Source: Limisphaerales bacterium (GTDB taxonomy: Bacteria; Verrucomicrobiota; Verrucomicrobiia; Limisphaerales; UBA1100). From it: a DNA stretch of 64,000 nt. Every line of letters begins with the position of its first letter. The first letter of the stretch is position 1. This document shows positions 25,751 through 33,186 of this stretch, one piece after another. The stretch is from the NCBI GenBank assembly GCA_965659445.1, contig CBFHWX010000002.1:9243-73242 (forward strand), written 5' to 3'. Made by a program: the position numbers and the translations under genes. The notes beneath the pieces are model-generated. The model did not search any database, was not told where the DNA came from, and worked only from the letters and a program-made list of their open reading frames with translations.

Positions 25751-26998
25751 ATGATCCGATCACTGAACACCGCCGTCTTGGGCATCAAGCAGTTTCAAAC
25801 CAGCCTGGATGCCATTGGTAATAATCTGGCCAACATCAATACCGTTGCCTATAAGGGAGCCCGGGTCGATTTTTCCGACACGCTTGCACAAACCCTGCGT
25901 GCCCCTACGCCTGACACCGCCGCAGCGAGTGGTACTGCTGGCATGCAATTGGGTAATGGTGTGAAGGTTGCCTCCATCAAGAATGAATTTACTCAGGGTG
26001 CCATCAAGCAGACCGGTGTGCGCACGGACTTAGCCGTCACTGGTGAGGGCTTTTTTCTAGTGAGAGACTCTTTCACTGACCAGATGTATGCCACACGCGC
26101 CGGTGATTTCCGCGAAGATAAGAATGGCTATCTTGTGACAAATGACGGTTATCGTGTCCTTGGAAAACCAAATATGGCACCTGCCTATGATATATCCATA
26201 AAGGACAAGCCTGGGGATATACAGCTTGATGTTGGCTTGTATACGAAAGATCGACTTGGAGTTGCTGTTGATGCAGCTACCGATATATTCACAAAAGTTG
26301 ATCACGGGTATACTACAGGCAATCAAGTGAAATTTGGTAGGGATTCCAGTTTGACCACACTGGAACAAGCTGCCCAGACAGCGGACGATTATTTGCCGTA
26401 TGTGACTCAAACTGTAGATGCAAACGGAAATGAAACTAGTAAAAAGCAGGTTACGGATTCCGATGTGTTTTTTGTCGCCACGCACGCTACTGATGTTACT
26501 AAATTTACTCTTCATACCTCTGCAGCTGATGCAGCTGCGGGCACCAATGCGGTAAATTTTAATACTGATAAAACAACTGACCTCACGTTGAAAGGAGGTG
26601 GTAGCATCTCTTCCTATAGCGTGGGAGCGGATGGCAAGATCAACATGCTTCTGACCGATGGCACGCAGTATGTGCGCGGCCAAATATTCTTACAGAATTT
26701 CAAGAACCCTCAAGCGCTCCTCAAGCAGGGATCCAACCTATACGCGAACTTAGCCACTGCTGGACCAATTGGGGTCTCAGATAGTAGTGTCAATGACACG
26801 ATGATTAAAGAGAATGCTCAGGCGCCAGGATCCTCGGGCGTGGGACGCATTGCCGCGGGCGCGTTGGAGTTGTCAAATGTTGACATGGCCCGGGAATTCT
26901 CTAATATGATCACAACTCAAAGGGCCTTTCAGGCAAACGCACGGATGGTCACCACCAGTGACGAGATTCTCAAGGAAATGATGGCCCTGAAGCGCTAG
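25751..26998 (+). CDS. flgE: Hook protein FlgE
   Basis: The N-terminus is MIRSLNTAVLGIKQFQTSLDAIGNNLANINTVAYKG. The C-terminus is GALELSNVDMAREFSNMITTQRAFQANARM. The central region is variable and lower in GC. Confidence 0.95.
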   Translation: MIRSLNTAVLGIKQFQTSLDAIGNNLANINTVAYKGARVDFSDTLAQTLRAPTPDTAAASGTAGMQLGNGVKVASIKNEFTQGAIKQTGVRTDLAVTGEGFFLVRDSFTDQMYATRAGDFREDKNGYLVTNDGYRVLGKPNMAPAYDISIKDKPGDIQLDVGLYTKDRLGVAVDAATDIFTKVDHGYTTGNQVKFGRDSSLTTLEQAAQTADDYLPYVTQTVDANGNETSKKQVTDSDVFFVATHATDVTKFTLHTSAADAAAGTNAVNFNTDKTTDLTLKGGGSISSYSVGADGKINMLLTDGTQYVRGQIFLQNFKNPQALLKQGSNLYANLATAGPIGVSDSSVNDTMIKENAQAPGSSGVGRIAAGALELSNVDMAREFSNMITTQRAFQANARMVTTSDEILKEMMALKR

Positions 26999-27029
26999 GA
27001 CTGATTTTTAACAGAATAAGGAGAACATT

Positions 27030-27758
27030 ATGGCTGAAGAAGAAGCACAACCCACAGAAGAGAATGCCGAGGCCACTGAAGCTACGGAAGCTACCGCAGA
27101 TGCTGCGGCTGAAGCGCCGGCTGAGGCAGCAGAAGCTCCCAAGCCACAAAGTGTGTGGTTGCCCATCATGGCATCGAGTATTATCAGTATCGGTGGTGCA
27201 TTTGCGCTCTTTCACTTTGTGCTCGCAGACAAGCTCGTCTCAGGTGTGGCAAGCGTCCTGAAGGCGGAAGGATCCCACCATGCTGGCAGCAGTGGCGGAG
27301 GAGATAAGAAGGGTGATCACAAAGAAGATGATCACAAAGAAAAAGGTGACGACCACAAAGAAGATGACCACGGTGATCACGGCGGAGAGACAACAGATGG
27401 TGCAACCACGGATCCAAACGTGGACGATTCCAAGGGGCCCATCCCGATTGTAGGTGAAGAGGAAACCATCGTGATCAACCCTGCCGGCTCCGGCGGTACA
27501 CGTTATCTACTCGTGGAGATCTATCTCGTCCGCGACAATGAAAAAGACAAGAAGTTCAAGGCAGCGATTGATGCCAATTCGAAGAAATTGCAATCGATAA
27601 CCAGGCAAAATTTGATGGAACATGATATTAAGGCATTGACCAACCCGAATACTCAACATCTGATCCAGAATAAATTAAAGAAAGAATATCAATCCGTTCT
27701 TGGATTCCAAGAGCATCCGATCAAGGAACTCGTAGTCACCAGGTGGATTATGCAATAA
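27030..27758 (+). CDS. fliL: Basal-body-associated protein FliL with a His/Asp/Lys-rich insertion
   Basis: A TM segment (LPIMASSIISIGGAFALFHFVL) is followed by RYLLVEIYLVRDNEKDKKFKAAIDANSKKLQSITRQNL...IKELVVTRWIMQ, a FliL-type C-terminal domain. Confidence 0.85.
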   Translation: MAEEEAQPTEENAEATEATEATADAAAEAPAEAAEAPKPQSVWLPIMASSIISIGGAFALFHFVLADKLVSGVASVLKAEGSHHAGSSGGGDKKGDHKEDDHKEKGDDHKEDDHGDHGGETTDGATTDPNVDDSKGPIPIVGEEETIVINPAGSGGTRYLLVEIYLVRDNEKDKKFKAAIDANSKKLQSITRQNLMEHDIKALTNPNTQHLIQNKLKKEYQSVLGFQEHPIKELVVTRWIMQ

Positions 27759-27770
27759 TGGGGAAGATAT

Positions 27771-28856
27771 ATGTCCTGGCACCCGGATCCTAATTCAGAA
27801 GTGCGGCTCTTTAGGGATATGACCTCCCCCGTGGGAGGTGCGCCCAAGACGTTATTGGGCTTTGCTGATGATCCCATGGCCGAAGAAGGCGTGGATGCGC
27901 CTGAAGGAGGTTCGCCCGAGGAGACCACTCACATGCATCGCCCGGAAGGAGTGCAGGATGATGTGCCGGCCAGTGTAATAAGGGAGTTCACAGTCGGTAA
28001 ACAGGCGGCTCTTTCCTCCACGGAGGTTCACCGATTCAAACAGCACAACGACAAATTAATCCGTTCGTTGGGTGCTCGCTTATCCTTGTTTTTACGGACT
28101 GAACTGATGATGGAGCAAGTCTCCTTGGAGGTGGTGGACTTGGCAAAATATGTCAAACTATTCCCTGGTCAACGGCACATGATGCTCTTTAAGATTCAGC
28201 CGTTTGAGGCCGTTGGGGCCATGGATATCTCCAAGCCGCTGGCCCTCACAATTGCTGATCGCATGCTGGGAGGCAAAGGGTTTGCCGTAAACCCCGATCG
28301 CATCATCCGGGAAGTGGAGACGGCAATGATCGATCAGATCGGCCAGATTGCCCTGCGGGAATGGGCCAACTTCTGGAAGTTTGAGGAACAACTGCGTGTG
28401 GTCATGTTGGGACATGAATCGGATCCCAGCCACATCCCAGCGGCTGGCGCCGACGATACTTTTTATCACATCTGTATTGATGCCGAGATAGGAGATTGCA
28501 TGGATCAAATGCAGATGCTCTTTCCTGTTCGCGGACTGGAGCCCTTGTTGCGCAATCTGGCTCACGAAGCGCACAGTGTGACGGGTGAAGAGGATGAAGA
28601 CCAATGGAAAGAGGAAAAACAGCAATGGAATACCGCCTATGACAAGGTGAAGCTGCCACTAGTGGCGCAATGGTCTGACCTCAGAATTTTGGCCAGAGAA
28701 TTGTTGGAGCTGAAAAAAGGGGACATCATCCCATTGGATCCAAAACGCCTGAACCAGGTGGAAGTGCTACTTGCCGATCAAACCAAGTACATTGGCAGCT
28801 TGGGCAGTCGGGACCAAAAGACTGCCGTGCAAATGAACGAACGATTTAAACCTTAA
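27771..28856 (+). CDS. fliM: Switch protein FliM
   Basis: The middle domain reads LFKIQPFEAVGAMDISKPLALTIADRMLGGKG. The C-terminal SpoA-type domain reads LELKKGDIIPLDPKRLNQVEVLLADQTKYIGSLG. Confidence 0.9.
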   Translation: MSWHPDPNSEVRLFRDMTSPVGGAPKTLLGFADDPMAEEGVDAPEGGSPEETTHMHRPEGVQDDVPASVIREFTVGKQAALSSTEVHRFKQHNDKLIRSLGARLSLFLRTELMMEQVSLEVVDLAKYVKLFPGQRHMMLFKIQPFEAVGAMDISKPLALTIADRMLGGKGFAVNPDRIIREVETAMIDQIGQIALREWANFWKFEEQLRVVMLGHESDPSHIPAAGADDTFYHICIDAEIGDCMDQMQMLFPVRGLEPLLRNLAHEAHSVTGEEDEDQWKEEKQQWNTAYDKVKLPLVAQWSDLRILARELLELKKGDIIPLDPKRLNQVEVLLADQTKYIGSLGSRDQKTAVQMNERFKP

Positions 28857-28871
28857 ACAGGGAACCGAACC

Positions 28872-29249
28872 ATGAGTGATACCGAAGATACCGAAGCAAC
28901 ACCCGAAGCTCAAACAGAAGAAACAGTTGCGACCGAGTCATCCGCTCCAGCTGCCACAGCAACCGCTGAGGTTCCGAAAGCCCCTGCGACTGATGAGGAA
29001 AAACACGCAAACCTTGATTTTCTGCTCGATGTACCGGTGAAACTCACCGCCGAACTCGGTAATTGCCAAATGACCATGCAAGAATTGCTTGAACTGGACC
29101 TCGGCTCAGTAGTGCAACTCGACAAGCCGGCCAATGCCAGTGTGGATGTGTATGTGAACCAAAAACTCGTCGCCCGCGGCGAAGTGGTGGTGGCTGAAGA
29201 CAATTTTGGGATTCGGATCAAGGAGATTGTTGCCAAACCTGCCAGTTGA
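28872..29249 (+). CDS. fliN: Switch protein FliN
   Basis: NLDFLLDVPVKLTAELGNCQMTMQELLELDLGSVVQLDKPANASVDVYVNQKLVARGEVVVAEDNFGIRI is a canonical SpoA domain. Confidence 0.95.
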   Translation: MSDTEDTEATPEAQTEETVATESSAPAATATAEVPKAPATDEEKHANLDFLLDVPVKLTAELGNCQMTMQELLELDLGSVVQLDKPANASVDVYVNQKLVARGEVVVAEDNFGIRIKEIVAKPAS

Positions 29250-29347
29250 TTTTCTGCTTTTAAGCAATAGTAGGCCAAAACTTCTATAATATGGTCTAAA
29301 TATGGGCTTTTTAAACGAATAGCCTAATAAATATGTTTTTCATCAAA

Positions 29348-29364
29348 TGGCACGCCATGTGCTG
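29348..29364 (+). promoter_or_regulatory. Sigma-54-type -24/-12 element (TGGCACgccatGTGCTG) upstream of fliO
   Basis: It sits in the 230-nt AT-rich fliN-fliO gap. It matches 9/10 consensus positions with exact spacing and the same TGCTGC extension as the flgB site. Confidence 0.5.
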
Positions 29365-29479
29365 CACGTAGGGAGTGTTGGCGTTTTTTTCCGGGCCACT
29401 CGGGTGCGAGGAGCCGCTAGGGAAGGCGGGGCCGGAGGGAGCCAACCGCAACGGAATGCATCAACCCGCAAGGTTGAAT

Positions 29480-30055
29480 ATGATGAAAAATCGCACGTGC
29501 AAATTGTGGCTAATCGGCTTGGTGGCCGGCTGGCTTTTCGTGGGGCAGGGATTGGCCGCAGAGCCGACTCCTGCTGACATCAATGCATCTTTGGACATCA
29601 ATGCCACGGAGGCCAAGGTCTCGCCCCGTCCAGGTTTGGAATCTGCTGCTTCACAGAGAATTTACGGTCTTTCAACACCCACCGAGCAATATGAACCCAA
29701 GCCGGTGAATCTCATGGCGGTGGTGATCCGAATTTTAGGAGCTCTGCTGGTGGTGGTGGCCATCCTGCTGGGAGGGGCCTGGTGGTTCCGTAAGTCCCGC
29801 TTGTTCGGGTTGGTGCCTGCCAGCCAATCGAATCTAAAAATTATTGAAACAAAAGCGCTTGCCTCGCGCCACGCCTTGCATGTGGTGGAATACGGTGAGA
29901 AACGCTTCCTGATCGCAGACTCGCCCGCGGGTACAAATTTTCTCACCAATCTTGACGGCCTTGCCGATGAACTTTTGGACGGTGAGGAAGCCTCGGAGCC
30001 GGAGCCCGGCTCTTTTGCTGCAAAACTGAAATCTTTTCTCGATCGAAAATCATGA
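29480..30055 (+). CDS. fliO: Export gate accessory protein FliO
   Basis: Starts at the ATG at 29480 (MMKNRTCKLWLIGLVAGW...). The single-TM core VIRILGALLVVVAILLGGAWWF is followed by LKIIETKALASRHALHVVEYGEKRFLIADSP, the FliO pattern. The stop overlaps the fliP start. The track start at 29375 (GTG) is probably 5' UTR. Confidence 0.75.
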   Translation: MMKNRTCKLWLIGLVAGWLFVGQGLAAEPTPADINASLDINATEAKVSPRPGLESAASQRIYGLSTPTEQYEPKPVNLMAVVIRILGALLVVVAILLGGAWWFRKSRLFGLVPASQSNLKIIETKALASRHALHVVEYGEKRFLIADSPAGTNFLTNLDGLADELLDGEEASEPEPGSFAAKLKSFLDRKS

Positions 30056-30858
30056 GCACTGCAACCATGTCCCATACAACTCAAACCCGTCAGCCAGCGC
30101 GTCGTTGGAGATGGCTGGTGCTGGCCTTGTTGATCATCACCGCTGAAGGACTCTTTGCGCAGGCGACTGGGGGCTCTACGACCAACGCCTTTAATTTCAA
30201 TATTGGAATGAATCTGCCGGAAGAGCCGAAGAAAGTGGATGTCGCCATTCGCATTGTGTTTCTCATCACGTTGCTGACCGTGGCACCTTCGCTGGTGATG
30301 TTGACGACGTGTTTCACTCGGATCATCATCGTGTTCTCTTTCTTGCGAAACGCACTTTCGTTGCAGGGAGTGCCGGCCAACCAGATCTTAGTTGGGTTTG
30401 CCTTGTTTATGACTTTTTTCATTATGCAGCCGGTTTATCAGCGTATTGATGCGGATGCGATCCAGCCCTACTCGGCTGGTGCCATTACCGGTGGGCAGGC
30501 GCTGGATGAGGCGAAAGGGCATGTGAAGGATTTTATGCTACGCCAAGCCCGCCCCAAGGATGTGGAATTTTTTGTAGGCCTCGCCAAGATGGGCCCCACC
30601 AAGGTGGAGGATTTGCCCATGAGCGTGGTGATTCCGGGCTTTATCCTCAGTGAATTGAGAACTGGTTTCCAGATGGGGTTCCTGTTGTTTATCCCGTTTA
30701 TTCTAGTCGATTTTGTAGTGGCGATTGTCTTGATGAGTCTCGGCCTGCTGTTCCTGCCACCGGTGACCATCTCGATGCCGCTTAAGATTCTCCTGTTTGT
30801 GCTCGTGGACGGTTGGACTCTGGTGGTTCGGTCGCTGGCCTTGAGTTTTGGAGTCTGA
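30052..30858 (+). CDS. fliP: Export gate protein FliP
   Basis: 268 aa with TLLTVAPSLVMLTTCFTRIIIVFSFLRNALSLQGVPANQILVGFALFMTFFIM and FLLFIPFILVDFVVAIVLMSLG. Confidence 0.95.
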   Translation: MSTATMSHTTQTRQPARRWRWLVLALLIITAEGLFAQATGGSTTNAFNFNIGMNLPEEPKKVDVAIRIVFLITLLTVAPSLVMLTTCFTRIIIVFSFLRNALSLQGVPANQILVGFALFMTFFIMQPVYQRIDADAIQPYSAGAITGGQALDEAKGHVKDFMLRQARPKDVEFFVGLAKMGPTKVEDLPMSVVIPGFILSELRTGFQMGFLLFIPFILVDFVVAIVLMSLGLLFLPPVTISMPLKILLFVLVDGWTLVVRSLALSFGV

Positions 30859-30871
30859 CAAAGGAAAAATT

Positions 30872-31141
30872 ATGAGCCCTGATTATGTAGTTGAACTGAT
30901 GAAAGGACTGATGACCCACATCATGATGATCGCCCTGCCGTTGCTGCTCACCGGTATGGCAGTAGGATTGTCGGTGAGTCTCTTTCAGGCCGTCACCTCG
31001 TTGCAGGAGCAGACACTGACCTTCGTGCCCAAGGCGTTGGCGGTGGCATTACTGCTCTTCTTAATCATGCCCTGGATGGTGCGGACGTTGATGGACTACA
31101 CCACAAATATTTTCGACAAAATGCCTTCGATGGTGATGTAG
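30872..31141 (+). CDS. fliQ: Export gate protein FliQ
   Basis: 89 aa from the ATG at 30872, with AAGGA upstream. It contains LPLLLTGMAVGLSVSLFQAVTSLQEQTLTFVPK. Confidence 0.95.
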   Translation: MSPDYVVELMKGLMTHIMMIALPLLLTGMAVGLSVSLFQAVTSLQEQTLTFVPKALAVALLLFLIMPWMVRTLMDYTTNIFDKMPSMVM

Positions 31142-31149
31142 GAAAAACG

Positions 31150-31917
31150 ATGCAGGAGTTTTTCCTCACTTGGTTCATGGTGTTCATTCGTGCGGGCGCC
31201 ATGCTTTCCATTTTTCCAATCTTCTCGGCGGTCGCCATGCCGATGCGTATTCGGATCGCCTTGGCGGGTTTTCTCGCCATGCTGTGCATGCCGGGTGTCA
31301 GTTTGCCGGAAGGATTTATTCAGAGTGACTCGATCAATTTCGTGGGCCTTATTGCCAAGGAGGTAGCCTTCGGATTGTTGCTTGGATTTGTGTGTCGACT
31401 CATCCTCTTCATGGTGGCGTTGGCGGGTCACCACATCGGTGGACAATTGGGATTGCAGCTTTCCAGCCTCATAGCACCAGGCGAAACAACTCCCTCGTCG
31501 ACCCCATCGGTGATGCTTCAAATGATCACGGTGATGCTAATATTTTCACTGGATATTCATTTCGAGCTATTGATGGGCTTCCAGCAATCCTACAACGTGC
31601 TAGCCATTGGGGGGGGGCATCTTTCCGACGCGTTGTTTGACGAAATCACAAGCCTGTGTGCTAGGACATTCGTTGTGGCGTTGCGCATCGCGGCACCGAT
31701 AATCGCGGTGGGCATCGTGGTGAACCTATTGATGATGGTGCTGGGGCGCACGATTCCAGAAGTAAACGTTTTTATTTTGAGCTTCTCAATTCGTATTTTG
31801 GTGGGGGTCTTCCTTTTCGGGTTCACCCTATCGTTAGCTGCCCGTGAAATCTCAAATTATTTGAACCAATTGCCAGATGACTTTGTGGTGGTCACTCGTT
31901 TACTAGCCGGAGGATAA
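31150..31917 (+). CDS. fliR: Export gate protein FliR
   Basis: 255-aa polytopic membrane protein beginning FLTWFMVFIRAGAMLSIFPIFS. It is in the canonical position. Confidence 0.9.
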   Translation: MQEFFLTWFMVFIRAGAMLSIFPIFSAVAMPMRIRIALAGFLAMLCMPGVSLPEGFIQSDSINFVGLIAKEVAFGLLLGFVCRLILFMVALAGHHIGGQLGLQLSSLIAPGETTPSSTPSVMLQMITVMLIFSLDIHFELLMGFQQSYNVLAIGGGHLSDALFDEITSLCARTFVVALRIAAPIIAVGIVVNLLMMVLGRTIPEVNVFILSFSIRILVGVFLFGFTLSLAAREISNYLNQLPDDFVVVTRLLAGG

Positions 31918-31920
31918 ATT

Positions 31921-33018
31921 ATGGCAGAAAGCCAATCAGGACAGGAAAAAACGGAACAGGCAACGCCAAAAAAGTTGGAACAGCGGATGGAGTCCGGCCA
32001 GTTTGCGCGTAGCACAGAAGTCAACACGCTAGTACTCATGACTGCTGCCATATTGGTCCTTACCATGGTAGCTCCAAAAATGATGCAGACCTTCCAGTTG
32101 TTTACGACGAATGTTTTTCAGCAGCTGGGAACCCTTCGAATGACACCCGATTCATTCATAGGACACTTTGAGCATTTTATGATGACGGCTGGCACGCTGA
32201 TTTTGCCAGTGATGATTACGGTGTTATTTGCCGGTCTCCTGGCTTCTGGCGCCCAAAGTGGAATGCGAATTTCGCCCAAGGCGATTGAGCCAAAATTTAA
32301 CAAGCTCAGCCCGTTGTCGGGTTTTAAACGAATTTTCAGCAGTGAGTCATTCGCCAAGCTGGGGGTAAGCCTGATGAAGTTTGTGGTGATATTTGGGTTC
32401 ACGTATCCGGTCATCAAGGAAGTATTAAAAGATCCAATTTTTTATACCTCCACCGATATCTGGCATTTAATTATCTTCATGGGGCAGACCATCCAAGGAG
32501 TTGGAATTCGCGTGATTGCCGGCATGGTGGTAATTGCGGCGGCGGATTATGCCTATAAGCAATGGAAGAATGAACAAGACAGCATGATGACCAAGCAGGA
32601 GGTGAAGGAAGAAGGCAAGCAGGCTGAAGGCAACATGATGCAAAAGGGGGAGATGCGCCGTCGCCGCCGCCAAATGCTGATGGACACATTGAATGAGGAG
32701 GTGCCACAGGCCGATGTAATAGTGACCAACCCGACACACCTTGCCATTGCGCTCAAGTACGAGCGCGGCCAAATGAGCGCTCCGCGCGTGTTGGCCAAGG
32801 GCGCGCGTTACAACGCGTTGCGAATTCGGGAGATTGCCAAAAAACATGACATACCCATTGTGGAAAATAAGCCGGTGGCCCGGTTGCTCTTCAGGCACTG
32901 CAAAGTGGGCAAGGAAATCATCCCCGATTTATTTGCCGCCGTAGCGGAAATCCTAGCCTATGTCTACCGTACCAATCGCTACAAATACTATATGAACGGC
33001 CATCGAGCGATGGCCTGA
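31921..33018 (+). CDS. flhB: Export switch protein FlhB
   Basis: The N-terminus is EKTEQATPKKLEQRMESGQFARSTEV. The NPTH autocleavage site is present (VIVTNPTHLAIALKY). Confidence 0.95.
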   Translation: MAESQSGQEKTEQATPKKLEQRMESGQFARSTEVNTLVLMTAAILVLTMVAPKMMQTFQLFTTNVFQQLGTLRMTPDSFIGHFEHFMMTAGTLILPVMITVLFAGLLASGAQSGMRISPKAIEPKFNKLSPLSGFKRIFSSESFAKLGVSLMKFVVIFGFTYPVIKEVLKDPIFYTSTDIWHLIIFMGQTIQGVGIRVIAGMVVIAAADYAYKQWKNEQDSMMTKQEVKEEGKQAEGNMMQKGEMRRRRRQMLMDTLNEEVPQADVIVTNPTHLAIALKYERGQMSAPRVLAKGARYNALRIREIAKKHDIPIVENKPVARLLFRHCKVGKEIIPDLFAAVAEILAYVYRTNRYKYYMNGHRAMA

Positions 33019-33071
33019 AAACGTGATTTTCCCCAAAAAAATGTCAATAAACACCCATTTTAATGATTCAC

Positions 33072-33088
33072 TGGCATTTAAAATGCTG
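33072..33088 (+). promoter_or_regulatory. Sigma-54-type -24/-12 element (TGGCATttaaaATGCTG) upstream of flhA
   Basis: It sits in the 168-nt flhB-flhA gap. The predicted start is about 89 nt upstream of the flhA ATG. Confidence 0.5.
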
Positions 33089-33186
33089 TGTAAAACACGG
33101 TATGCAAGGATGCGTGCCCGTTTGGATATCCTAAAAATGAGCTTCGACCAGCCATCTGGCATTGAACGGGGAGGGAAATTTCCTGC

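Noticed and set aside
27777-27782. A TGGCAC hexamer occurs at the fliM start codon region. A TGGCAA occurs near 26641 in flgE.
   Set aside because: No GC dinucleotide is present at the -12 position with correct spacing (TGGCACccggaTCCT). These sites do not fit the -24/-12 geometry.
31609-31617. Homopolymeric G/C tracts could act as phase-variation switches. They include G9 in fliR, G8/C8 at 6265-6272 in the FlgM-like ORF, G8 at 51776-51783, G7 at 53507-53513 just before the cytidylyltransferase ATG, T8 plus C7 at 55031-55046, and C7 at 63814-63820.
   Set aside because: A rough expectation for G or C runs of 8 or more in 64 kb of about 50% GC sequence is 1-2, and three were seen. That is not a convincing enrichment. 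The idea is worth checking only if population reads show length variation at the fliR G9 tract.
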